A DNA stretch of 14,446 nucleotides, taken from the UHGV virus genome UHGV-1642993. The stretch is one strand, 5' to 3'. Below the pieces are notes generated by a model. It had not been told where the DNA came from. It saw only the letters and a program-made list of their open reading frames with translations, and made no database searches. Source of the DNA: a virus. A program made the position numbers and the translations under genes. Every line of letters starts with the position of its first letter. Positions within the stretch are counted from its first letter, which is position 1. Positions 7,712 through 14,446 of this stretch are shown in pieces.

Positions 7712-9916
7712 TTACTGCTGTGGTTGTTGCTGAGTTGATTTTTGCAGGATGCTGCTGATGTCCATGCGCTGCGCATGGCCCTGTGCCTGACTTTTCAGGA
7801 CAAGCTCTGCATCAGCACGGGCATTATCTCCTTGCTGTTGCTGGAACTGTCCGAGCAGTTTCAGCGCCTCACGGATATCAGATTTTTGCTGGCTATCGGC
7901 AGATGCGAGGATTTTCACAACATTTGCCGCAGCAACCTGAGCATCCGTCTGTGCCTGGAATGCTTTAACCTGAATGGCTGCTTGTTCGTTCTGCGCTTTC
8001 TGCAATTCAGCCTGACCAGCAAGAAGCTGACCTTGCGCAGCAACCATAGCCGGATCTGGCTGACTGGCCTGTTGTTGTTTCGCCTGCTCAACCATCTGCT
8101 GTTCTTCTGGTGTTCTCGGCTTAATAACGCCAGACAGAAGCAACTGATTGCGGTTGTATTCTTTAAGGTCGTCCATCCCTTCGCCGTCCATATTGTCGAG
8201 AATCATCGACGATACAAGGTCATGCTTCGGCGTTCCTGGCGGGATAAGTGCCAGCATGGAAAGCAACGACTTAACCGTTGCATCACGGCGAGTAGCGAAC
8301 GACTGACCGACATCGACAGTCACTTCATAGTTACCCTGCGAAAGGTCGTTAAGCGCGATAACCTTCCCTGTCTGACGGTCAACCACTTCACCAGTCATCA
8401 GCGCCACGTCATCGCTGCCATCCTCATTAACGATGCGCATTGGCGTATCGCTGCCATAGACTTCACGAGCCATAGAAAGCCACACGACGCCAGCACGGCG
8501 CATGGATTTAGCCATGTTGTCCATGTAGATATAGGACTGCGTGTCCATCCGGTTAAAGATGCTATCAACGGTATCGGTAGCGACGTTGCTCGGCATGTTC
8601 TCAAGCTGCGACGCACCTGTAATTTGCTGAATAGCCGTTCCGGTGTACTGCAATAGCCCGGCAAGAGCAGGAGGCATTTGTGTCGGAGGTGTCCAGCCAG
8701 CAACCTGAGCCTCTGAAATGACCGTTCCGTTTTTGTCCTTCTTGCTGGTCATGGGAAGAACTGCAGGTCTTTTCTTATTCCTCTCTGCCCAGTGATTCAT
8801 TAATGGACCGGGAATGAAATCAACATCCACGATAGGAATGCCATCACCGCCAGCCTGAGTAGCATTATCTGCAATCATGGAAACCATCAGGTTCTCAAGA
8901 CGCTGTGCATCCATCGCTTTTGCTGCGTGGCCTTCGATTCGCTCCTGATTATCAACAAATGAACGACGCCCATATACCGGGATGAGAGGAATATGTTCGC
9001 CCGGAATACGCTTCGGTTCTTCCAGCCATTCAGCGCCAGACAGAAGACCGCAATAAACTCGGCGTTTCTTCACCGTTCGCTCGCCAATCAGTTCGAATGC
9101 ACCATCGGTCAGCTCGTCGACAATATCTTTGATTTGCTCTTCATCATAGATTGCCGTTTCTCCGCTGACAGGGTTACGCCATGCTGTGAGCTTCACCTTC
9201 TCTATGCGGACTTCGTAGTAGCGTCCAACATAGATGGCATCAGGCGTTGACCAGTCATATTGAGTACCAGTGTCATCACGAGAAAGACTTGCCGCGATGG
9301 AATCAGGGTATTCAGCCTCGAACGCTTTATGCGTCATGGAGAACATTTCCATAGCCCACATAGCATCAGAGCGGTCATATTGCTTGCTGTCCTGATCGAA
9401 GAAAACGCATGTCGCTGGGTCGTAAACAGGAAGAAGGCTGATGCGTCGCTGCTCGTTACTCGGATCCATTTCATCTTCGTAATCGGCACACATGCGGAAA
9501 CAACCGAATCCGCCCGTTACAGCATCATCAAATGCGTTATCACACGCTTCGCCACCGGATGTTTCCTGATAGTCAGCGCGGAATTTGCCGTTCATCTTTT
9601 CGGCTAACGCTTCCGATGCCTTATCGTCCTTAGGCCTGAATTTAACGCTGATGCGATTCTGTCGATACTCGCCAATGATGCGATCACATTCACGGGCAAT
9701 CTTATTCAGTTCAAAGCGCGGGTAATGCTCAAACCTGCCTTCATCAAATGAGTAACCAGCGTTTGTGCTGCCTTCCCACTGTGCGCCGGACACCCGGACG
9801 AAACGTTGAGCCTCAATAATCTGCTCACGCATATCCTTCGTTGCTGACCAGGCATTATCAAAGTTGCACAGCACCTTGCGATGCCAGTCAGTCATCTTTC
9901 TATCATCAGCCATCAT
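7712..9916 (-). CDS. Portal protein (P22 gp1 family, diverged; about 734 aa)
   Basis: Motifs shared with the P22 portal as recalled (KRRRVY, GEHIP..PV.G, PRTPEEQQ, DPAMV.AQGQLLAGQAEL.KAQN helical barrel); the ATG at 9916-9914 overlaps the terminase TGA stop (ATGA) and is preceded by GGAG; the track's TTG at 9928 is less likely. Confidence 0.9.
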   Translation of the reverse strand: MMADDRKMTDWHRKVLCNFDNAWSATKDMREQIIEAQRFVRVSGAQWEGSTNAGYSFDEGRFEHYPRFELNKIARECDRIIGEYRQNRISVKFRPKDDKASEALAEKMNGKFRADYQETSGGEACDNAFDDAVTGGFGCFRMCADYEDEMDPSNEQRRISLLPVYDPATCVFFDQDSKQYDRSDAMWAMEMFSMTHKAFEAEYPDSIAASLSRDDTGTQYDWSTPDAIYVGRYYEVRIEKVKLTAWRNPVSGETAIYDEEQIKDIVDELTDGAFELIGERTVKKRRVYCGLLSGAEWLEEPKRIPGEHIPLIPVYGRRSFVDNQERIEGHAAKAMDAQRLENLMVSMIADNATQAGGDGIPIVDVDFIPGPLMNHWAERNKKRPAVLPMTSKKDKNGTVISEAQVAGWTPPTQMPPALAGLLQYTGTAIQQITGASQLENMPSNVATDTVDSIFNRMDTQSYIYMDNMAKSMRRAGVVWLSMAREVYGSDTPMRIVNEDGSDDVALMTGEVVDRQTGKVIALNDLSQGNYEVTVDVGQSFATRRDATVKSLLSMLALIPPGTPKHDLVSSMILDNMDGEGMDDLKEYNRNQLLLSGVIKPRTPEEQQMVEQAKQQQASQPDPAMVAAQGQLLAGQAELQKAQNEQAAIQVKAFQAQTDAQVAAANVVKILASADSQQKSDIREALKLLGQFQQQQGDNARADAELVLKSQAQGHAQRMDISSILQKSTQQQPQQ

Positions 9917-11409
9917 CCAACTCCGCAAGGTATGTTGTAGCTTGAGTAATCAATCTCTTTAGGATCTTTGATGTCTCGCATCTGTATTGCAAAACGCCTC
10001 ATCATGTAGCCATAGCGAACAGCAGAAAGGATGTCGTCATTTAGCTTGACGATCTTCCCGTTCTCATCGCGGTGATACAGACGAAACTCTTCAAAGAATG
10101 GCTCGCAGGTGTTAAATACCTTGAAACGACCGTCGAGCATCATGTCGCGTATCTCTGCTATCCCGGGTTCGACCGCATTACCTCCATCAGGCCATGTTGC
10201 ATGATCTGGCAACATGTCGAACCCAGCTTCGGCGTATTGTTCCTTGAGCTGAGCGCCGCCTCCCTTTTCGTGCTGATGCCCGTCATGAGGCCAAGCCGTA
10301 GGGGTGTTTTTGCTCCATGCTTTAACAGCACTCCATGCCTCTGTCGCCTTCTTCTGTTTGGCCTTCCAGACGCGAGAAAGATAAATCACGTCCTCGTCTT
10401 TATCCCACCAAAGCTGGATATGTGCCTGTGGGTGATCCCATCCGAAGTCCATTGCATTGATGACGTAGAAGTGATCAGGACACTCGAACGGCTGACACTT
10501 AATCGTCTCTTCCGGTATCTGGAAGATTCGACCGCTACCCATCGTAGGAATACCGCGAGCACGCGCCTCTCTCTCGTGCTCGGGATAGGATGCGATGATT
10601 TGCTCTTTCTGCTCGTCGGTATAGTGCTCAGCATCATAGATGGTCATGTTGACCACTTTCTGCGACTTGCTGGGATTCTTCAGGAACTTGGTAACAACGT
10701 CAGACATCCCCATCAGCGGGGTAAACGTCAGAATTGAGAATTGCCCGTATTTGTTGGTACGGGTAAGACCTTCGCCATAAATGCTGTATGGTGGCTCTTC
10801 GTCAAACCACACGCCGTGGATTGTGTCACCCTGCCAGCGAGCACGGCCTTGAGAGTATGGTTTGAAGTAGCAGATTGAAATGCCATCTTCAACGCCATCA
10901 GCCGTGTGATGCTTAACCAGAAGATGATCAACAAGGTTCGGAAAGAAAGGAGACTTCTTCCAGCTAATGATGTCCTCTTTCGGTATGGAACCGTAGCCAG
11001 GCTCGTCATTCTCTTCGATACGACCGCACAGGATGCGTTGAGTCGTTTTGGTTACAGTCTCGTTTGTCTCGCCACCAATCCAAAAGACAACAGGCTCATA
11101 GAAACGCTTACCTTTCCACTCACCGCCATATTTACCATCAGCAGGATAGCCTTTTGTGCCCGGATAACGCCCTGTAAGGTGAAACGCGACTTCAGCAGCA
11201 CCAGTAAATGACTTACCAAGCTGGTTACCAGCCATAAAACATCGCTCTGGATAGTCATGTCCGGCGTCGATGAACTCACGCTGTTTGCTGTATGGCGTAA
11301 ATTCATATAGCAGGTGTGTGTTCCGGTAGTTCTCTTCTTCTTCGAGTAGCTCGAGCAATTCGATTTGCTCTTCGTCGCTCAGGTTATCAAGAATCGCGTC
11401 CAGTTCCAC
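9913..11409 (-). CDS. terL: Terminase large subunit, P22 gp2-type (498 aa)
   Basis: N-terminus [37 protein letters not shown] and Walker A segment AGNQLGKS match P22 gp2 as recalled; GTG start at 11409 with AAGGAG upstream; overlaps terS by 23 nt. Confidence 0.95.
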   Translation of the reverse strand: MELDAILDNLSDEEQIELLELLEEEENYRNTHLLYEFTPYSKQREFIDAGHDYPERCFMAGNQLGKSFTGAAEVAFHLTGRYPGTKGYPADGKYGGEWKGKRFYEPVVFWIGGETNETVTKTTQRILCGRIEENDEPGYGSIPKEDIISWKKSPFFPNLVDHLLVKHHTADGVEDGISICYFKPYSQGRARWQGDTIHGVWFDEEPPYSIYGEGLTRTNKYGQFSILTFTPLMGMSDVVTKFLKNPSKSQKVVNMTIYDAEHYTDEQKEQIIASYPEHEREARARGIPTMGSGRIFQIPEETIKCQPFECPDHFYVINAMDFGWDHPQAHIQLWWDKDEDVIYLSRVWKAKQKKATEAWSAVKAWSKNTPTAWPHDGHQHEKGGGAQLKEQYAEAGFDMLPDHATWPDGGNAVEPGIAEIRDMMLDGRFKVFNTCEPFFEEFRLYHRDENGKIVKLNDDILSAVRYGYMMRRFAIQMRDIKDPKEIDYSSYNIPCGVG

Positions 11410-11881
11410 GGTTGAATAGCTCCTTGATACGAGAGCGCCGCTTATCGCGATCTCCCTTATCAGGTGTCACGTCTTCAACTTGCGACTGCTCTTTGAGGCC
11501 CAAATCACGGGCGATGATGTTAGCGTTGAGAAGGTCAGCGGCTGCGCCAGAGAATTTCTGATCGTAGATGATGTCTTCCGCTCGTGATGTGACGTCAGAA
11601 AAACCTTCCATTGACCGGAAGGTTCCCCATGTTTGCCTGGTGATATCAAGGAAGGTACACAATCCTGAAATAGTCATGGCTCGCATCTTAGGGACATTAG
11701 CCTTAATTATTTCTCCCTGATATGAAAATACCTTGCCCTCCCATAGCGGGTTATCATCAGCCCACTCGAAGTATTCACAACAAGCAGCCCACAGCGCCTC
11801 AGGCGATTCGAATTTAGGGTTTCGCCCATGACTACTGCGGGCCTCCCAAAATCGGTTGCCCTTTGGTGCTGCCATATCCAT
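11387..11881 (-). CDS. terS: Terminase small subunit, P22 gp3-type (162-164 aa)
   Basis: [38 protein letters not shown]... and C-terminal [56 protein letters not shown] match P22 gp3 as recalled; two candidate ATGs (11881, 11875). Confidence 0.9.
   Translation of the reverse strand: MDMAAPKGNRFWEARSSHGRNPKFESPEALWAACCEYFEWADDNPLWEGKVFSYQGEIIKANVPKMRAMTISGLCTFLDITRQTWGTFRSMEGFSDVTSRAEDIIYDQKFSGAAADLLNANIIARDLGLKEQSQVEDVTPDKGDRDKRRSRIKELFNRGTGRDS
11587..11608 (-). other. Candidate pac (packaging initiation) site inside terS, diverged from the P22 pac sequence
   Basis: Minus-strand GAAGGTTTTTCTGACGTCACAT (encoding EGFSDVTS) occupies the position where P22 gene 3 carries its pac site (recalled as GAAGATTTATCTGAAGTCGTTA, encoding EDLSEVV); 14 of 22 positions match. 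Contains the palindrome TGACGTCA. Confidence 0.4.
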
Positions 11882-11910
11882 CTCACTTATTTGTTATTTC
11901 AGGTTGAGCA

Positions 11911-12153
11911 TCATGCTCCGGTGGTGAACAGGTCTAACGCTTCCTTCGATTTACGTACCGCTTCGATAGTGCGGGTCGTGATATCTGAATTAGCGCCGCC
12001 TGACTGGAAGTGAATTTTGAATAGCTCAAGCTTCAACTCGTCAGTACCAATGAACTGAAATGCTTCCTCTGCGGCTGCGTTCTGGTTCATGACCAGTTTG
12101 TAAATCTCTAACTGGAATTTCTGTTCTTCAGTCATGGGAATAATCTCTGCCAT
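11911..12153 (-). CDS. Small hypothetical protein (80 aa) directly upstream of terS
   Basis: ATG at 12153 with GGAG 8 nt upstream; predicted helical, acidic; same position as the small conserved ORFs that precede gene 3 in P22-like phages. Confidence 0.5.
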   Translation of the reverse strand: MAEIIPMTEEQKFQLEIYKLVMNQNAAAEEAFQFIGTDELKLELFKIHFQSGGANSDITTRTIEAVRKSKEALDLFTTGA

Positions 12154-12256
12154 TGTTGGCTCCGTTTATCCGTTAAAAGGGATATCAGTTAAGTTATCCC
12201 GTGTAGGGTATAAGCCATTATCAAAGCCACTCTGTAGGGAATGGCTTTTGTAATAA

Positions 12257-12514
12257 CTACTTCGTTTTTGCTTCCGCTCTTTTACGGCGGCGCTCTTCTT
12301 TCTTCTCGGCGTTTGCCATGTCCATGAATGCCTGCATGATCGAGTTCCTCATCATGTAACTGACAAAGTGATGATTGACGCAGCCGTTGAGACGGAGTTG
12401 CTCGCCAAACTGATCAACCGAGGCCAGCACTTGCATCATGTCCTTCTCACCTTTCATGAACTCAGAGAAGTCGCGCCCCGCTCTGGAAGCGCATTCAATG
12501 ACGCGATTATTCAT
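12257..12514 (-). CDS. Small hypothetical protein (85 aa) with a basic C-terminal tail (KKEERRRKRAEAKTK)
   Basis: ATG at 12514 overlaps the upstream TGA stop (ATGA coupling); no recognisable domain. Confidence 0.45.
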   Translation of the reverse strand: MNNRVIECASRAGRDFSEFMKGEKDMMQVLASVDQFGEQLRLNGCVNHHFVSYMMRNSIMQAFMDMANAEKKEERRRKRAEAKTK

Positions 12515-13062
12515 CCTGGAAGCCCTGGGATCGTAATCTGCAGCTGGTTAGCCAGGGTATTAATCTCAGCGACCAATACAGGCTTCGTATAACGCCATGC
12601 AGCAAGTCCTTGTCCGCAGAAGCTCGCCATGTCCTTCTTCTGGTCAAACTCATGGCACTTCATGTTGAGCTGCGCACTTAAGCTGTTGCGATGCTGAAGC
12701 TCTCCGGTGAAGTAGTCATCGAGGACCTTATATGCCGCGTACTTGAAACCGGGGTTTAACCAGGCAGCATAATCGTAAGCAACAAACTTCCCGCCATAGG
12801 TTCCGCCGTGTACGCCGCGGGCAGTAAAAACCACAGATTCGTGGTTTTTCTCCAGCTCGGCCAGGAACTCTTTGGTCTGCTTGTTTCGCAGATAGTGGTA
12901 AGGCGATTCAGCATCACTTTTGCCACTGGCTTTCCACATATCGGTGAGGCAGATCATGCCGTCTTCTCCGACACGGATTGGTTGATTGAAGAGGGTTAAT
13001 GATTTCATTTCGCTGATACCTTTTGGTGGTTGAGCCTGTTCTCGTAGATATGGGCAGCCCAA
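12511..13062 (-). CDS. KilA-N-like domain protein (183 aa from TTG at 13062; 165 aa from the internal ATG at 13008)
   Basis: N-terminal segment IRVGEDGMICLTDMWKASGKSD....YLRNKQTKEFLAEL fits the KilA-N DNA-binding pattern as I recall it; first ORF after the lysis-cassette terminator. Confidence 0.5.
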   Translation of the reverse strand: MGCPYLREQAQPPKGISEMKSLTLFNQPIRVGEDGMICLTDMWKASGKSDAESPYHYLRNKQTKEFLAELEKNHESVVFTARGVHGGTYGGKFVAYDYAAWLNPGFKYAAYKVLDDYFTGELQHRNSLSAQLNMKCHEFDQKKDMASFCGQGLAAWRYTKPVLVAEINTLANQLQITIPGLPG

Positions 13063-13157
13063 GAGCGGTCAGCGTTACCACTGCCCTATCTCAAGCTCTA
13101 CCCCGAAAGGCTCTTGGTTGATATGCGCACGAGAATGCGCGGGTTTACTGCAGGCGT

Positions 13158-13181
13158 AAAAAAGCCCCGCTATTGCGAGGC
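13158..13181 (-). terminator. Intrinsic terminator at the end of the lysis cassette, overlapping the Rz1 stop codon
   Basis: Minus-strand transcript: GCCUCGC-AAUA-GCGGGGC (7-bp stem including one G-U pair; the Rz1 UAG stop lies in the loop) followed by UUUUUU. Confidence 0.5.
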
Positions 13182-13493
13182 TCTTGATGATTCGATTTTC
13201 CTGATTGCTGCCTTATCCAGATTGCACTGCCCTAGCGCCGTATAGAGCTGAGCGTTCAACTCCAGACTTGCCTGCCACGTGAACGGAACCGCCATTCCGG
13301 GGATCGGCGTGTCTGCTGTCAGGTCAGCGCTTATCGGCACCACCGGGGCCGGAACGTAAACTGTTTTCGTATTCCCGCAGGCTGTCAGCAGCGGCAGAAG
13401 GAACAAGCTGGTTAGCACACGGATCGCCTTCAAGCGCCTGCCTGATGTAGACAATGCGCGTCTCGCCTTTTTTGGCCAGTTCGTTCTTTGCAT
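13170..13493 (-). CDS. Rz1: Rz1-like o-spanin (outer-membrane lipoprotein), in the +1 frame overlapping the 3' part of Rz
   Basis: Lipobox LLPLLTAC followed by a Pro-rich mature region (VYVPAPVVPISADLTADTPIPGMAVPF). The ORF's ATG at 13493 would give a 39-residue leader; an in-frame TTG at 13433-13431 gives a typical 19-residue lipoprotein signal (MKAIRVLTSLFLLPLLTAC). Confidence 0.7.
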   Translation of the reverse strand: MQRTNWPKKARRALSTSGRRLKAIRVLTSLFLLPLLTACGNTKTVYVPAPVVPISADLTADTPIPGMAVPFTWQASLELNAQLYTALGQCNLDKAAIRKIESSRASQ

Positions 13494-13710
13494 TCTGGGT
13501 AGCCTGTGAGATGTCGCGGATGAGGTTCATCGTGGTGATCACGTTTCTGGTGATCGCCTCCGATGTGTCTGCCCTGACCGTCGCCTTATCGCGCTGGTCT
13601 TTGTAGGTGATGGCGTTGTCGCGGTAGTGGTTTACGAATAAAACCAGCACGCCGATTAACGCCAGCACCAGCAACTGTAGCCAGTAACGCTTAACCAGCG
13701 CGCCAATCAC
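13324..13710 (-). CDS. Rz: Rz-like i-spanin (128 aa)
   Basis: N-terminal signal-anchor TMD (WLQLLVLALIGVLVLFV) then a charged periplasmic helical domain; GTG start overlaps the lysozyme TGA stop (GTGA); directly downstream of the lysozyme gene. Confidence 0.75.
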   Translation of the reverse strand: MIGALVKRYWLQLLVLALIGVLVLFVNHYRDNAITYKDQRDKATVRADTSEAITRNVITTMNLIRDISQATQNAKNELAKKGETRIVYIRQALEGDPCANQLVPSAAADSLREYENSLRSGPGGADKR

Positions 13711-14147
13711 GACAGGAACAGAGCGCGCTCCGCCTCACGCCGACGGGTCAGCCCATTCAGGACCTTGCCACCTGCTTTATTCCAGCGCAGGAACTCATCG
13801 GCTGCGCCAGCGTAATCACCGGCGTTGAGTTTTCGCAGGAGAGTCGATGTCGATAAAGATCGGGCTCCGAGGTTATAGGTGAACGACACCAGGGCGTCGA
13901 ATTGCCCCTGAGTCAGACCAACTTTAACCAGGCGAGACACGTCGCTTTCGTAGCTGACAAGTCCGGTCTTCAACAGGCGCTCTGCCGTTTCCTGATTAAT
14001 TGTCATACCGGCACGGATCGGTTTACCGTCGACAGGCTGAGTCCAGCCATAGCCAATCGTCCACACTCCGACGCTGTCCTGGTACGCGGTAAGCTTGCAG
14101 CCTTCGAACTCTTTGATCAGGGCAATGCCTTTATCACTGGTTTGCAT
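13707..14147 (-). CDS. Endolysin, T4-type lysozyme (glycoside hydrolase family 24), P22 gp19-like (146 aa)
   Basis: Catalytic-region pattern LIKEFEGCKLTAYQDSVGVWTIGYG (Glu, Asp, Thr triad spacing) and C-terminal RRREAERALFLS match the P22 lysozyme as recalled; SD (GGGGA) before ATG; overlaps the holin stop by 14 nt. Confidence 0.9.
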   Translation of the reverse strand: MQTSDKGIALIKEFEGCKLTAYQDSVGVWTIGYGWTQPVDGKPIRAGMTINQETAERLLKTGLVSYESDVSRLVKVGLTQGQFDALVSFTYNLGARSLSTSTLLRKLNAGDYAGAADEFLRWNKAGGKVLNGLTRRREAERALFLS

Positions 14148-14439
14148 TCTTCATCCCCGTCAGACGTTCCCAGAAATAGGTCAGAGCCACGGAGCCCATC
14201 GCCCCGCTAATGCCTGACGTAACCAGAATCATGTAAAGGCTCAGCCCACTTTCAACGCTGATCAGTCCACCAATGAGACCGGTAAAGCCGGACACTGCAA
14301 TTTGTGCCAGCGCATTAATCCAGCTCCAGGTGGCTTTGTTCTGCTTAACGTCAATAAGGTATCGGACCAGGCCGCCCCAGCATGACAGAGCAAGGACAAT
14401 CAGCCATGACACTCCGGCAATGCTTTCTTTATCTTGCAT
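14134..14439 (-). CDS. Putative holin with three predicted transmembrane segments (101 aa; 5' end may lie beyond the window)
   Basis: Three hydrophobic stretches (IAGVSWLIVLALSCWGGLV, WSWINALAQIAVSGFTGLIGGLI, LSLYMILVTSGISGAMGSVALTYFW) and a short charged C-terminus; directly upstream of the lysozyme gene. The reading frame stays open to the window edge. Confidence 0.7.
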   Translation of the reverse strand: MQDKESIAGVSWLIVLALSCWGGLVRYLIDVKQNKATWSWINALAQIAVSGFTGLIGGLISVESGLSLYMILVTSGISGAMGSVALTYFWERLTGMKNANQ

Positions 14440-14446
14440 ACGTTTA

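Noticed and set aside
7742-8656. 304-aa plus-strand ORF
   Set aside because: Antisense shadow inside the portal gene; Cys/Arg/Leu-rich composition with no independent start context.
9917-9928. TTG at 9928 as the portal start (MRSWMM...)
   Set aside because: The ATG at 9916 or 9913 overlaps the terminase stop in the usual coupled arrangement, has GGAG upstream, and gives an N-terminus (MADD...) like the P22 portal (MADN...).
10072-10737. 221-aa plus-strand ORF and other antisense or nested ORFs of 60-150 aa across the window (e.g. 380-697, 2486-2872, 4326-4769, 8993-9607, 10906-11211, 13902-14210, 1721-1909)
   Set aside because: All lie wholly inside confidently assigned minus-strand genes on the opposite strand or in alternative frames; consistent with chance open frames in a sequence of this GC content.
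12214-12247. Hairpin AAAGCCA...TGGCTTT as a strong intrinsic terminator
   Set aside because: The U-run is part of the 3' stem arm rather than a free U-tract after the stem, so it is reported only as a possible regulatory structure.
13431-13493. ATG at 13493 as the Rz1 start
   Set aside because: It would put 39 residues before the lipobox Cys, too long for a lipoprotein signal; the in-frame TTG at 13433 gives a canonical n-, h- and lipobox arrangement. The full ORF is still reported as the outer bound.
1-14446. tRNA, rRNA, CRISPR array, integrase or attachment site
   Set aside because: No cloverleaf-like or repeat-spacer structure was seen, and the intergenic regions are too short. Prophage versus free phage genome cannot be decided from this window.

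Overview
The whole window is one minus-strand late operon of a P22-like (short-tailed, lambdoid) phage or prophage of an enterobacterial host; all calls are from reading the six-frame translations and DNA by eye, with no searches run. Transcription runs from high to low coordinates: a lysis cassette (holin, T4-type lysozyme, Rz/Rz1 spanins), an intrinsic terminator, three small accessory genes (one KilA-N-like), then small and large terminase, portal, scaffold, coat, a second terminator, a small acidic ORF, gp4-like and gp10-like tail-hub proteins, a tail needle with a C-terminal knob, and ejection-protein-like genes. No plus-strand gene, tRNA, rRNA, CRISPR array, integrase or att site is supported. 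I did not find a clear novel multi-gene system. The items most worth follow-up are a strongly supported unannotated 41-codon ORF with a perfect internal repeat, the accessory cluster between lysis and packaging, a mosaic join of P22-type terminase to a non-P22 assembly module, and a diverged pac-site equivalent inside terS.
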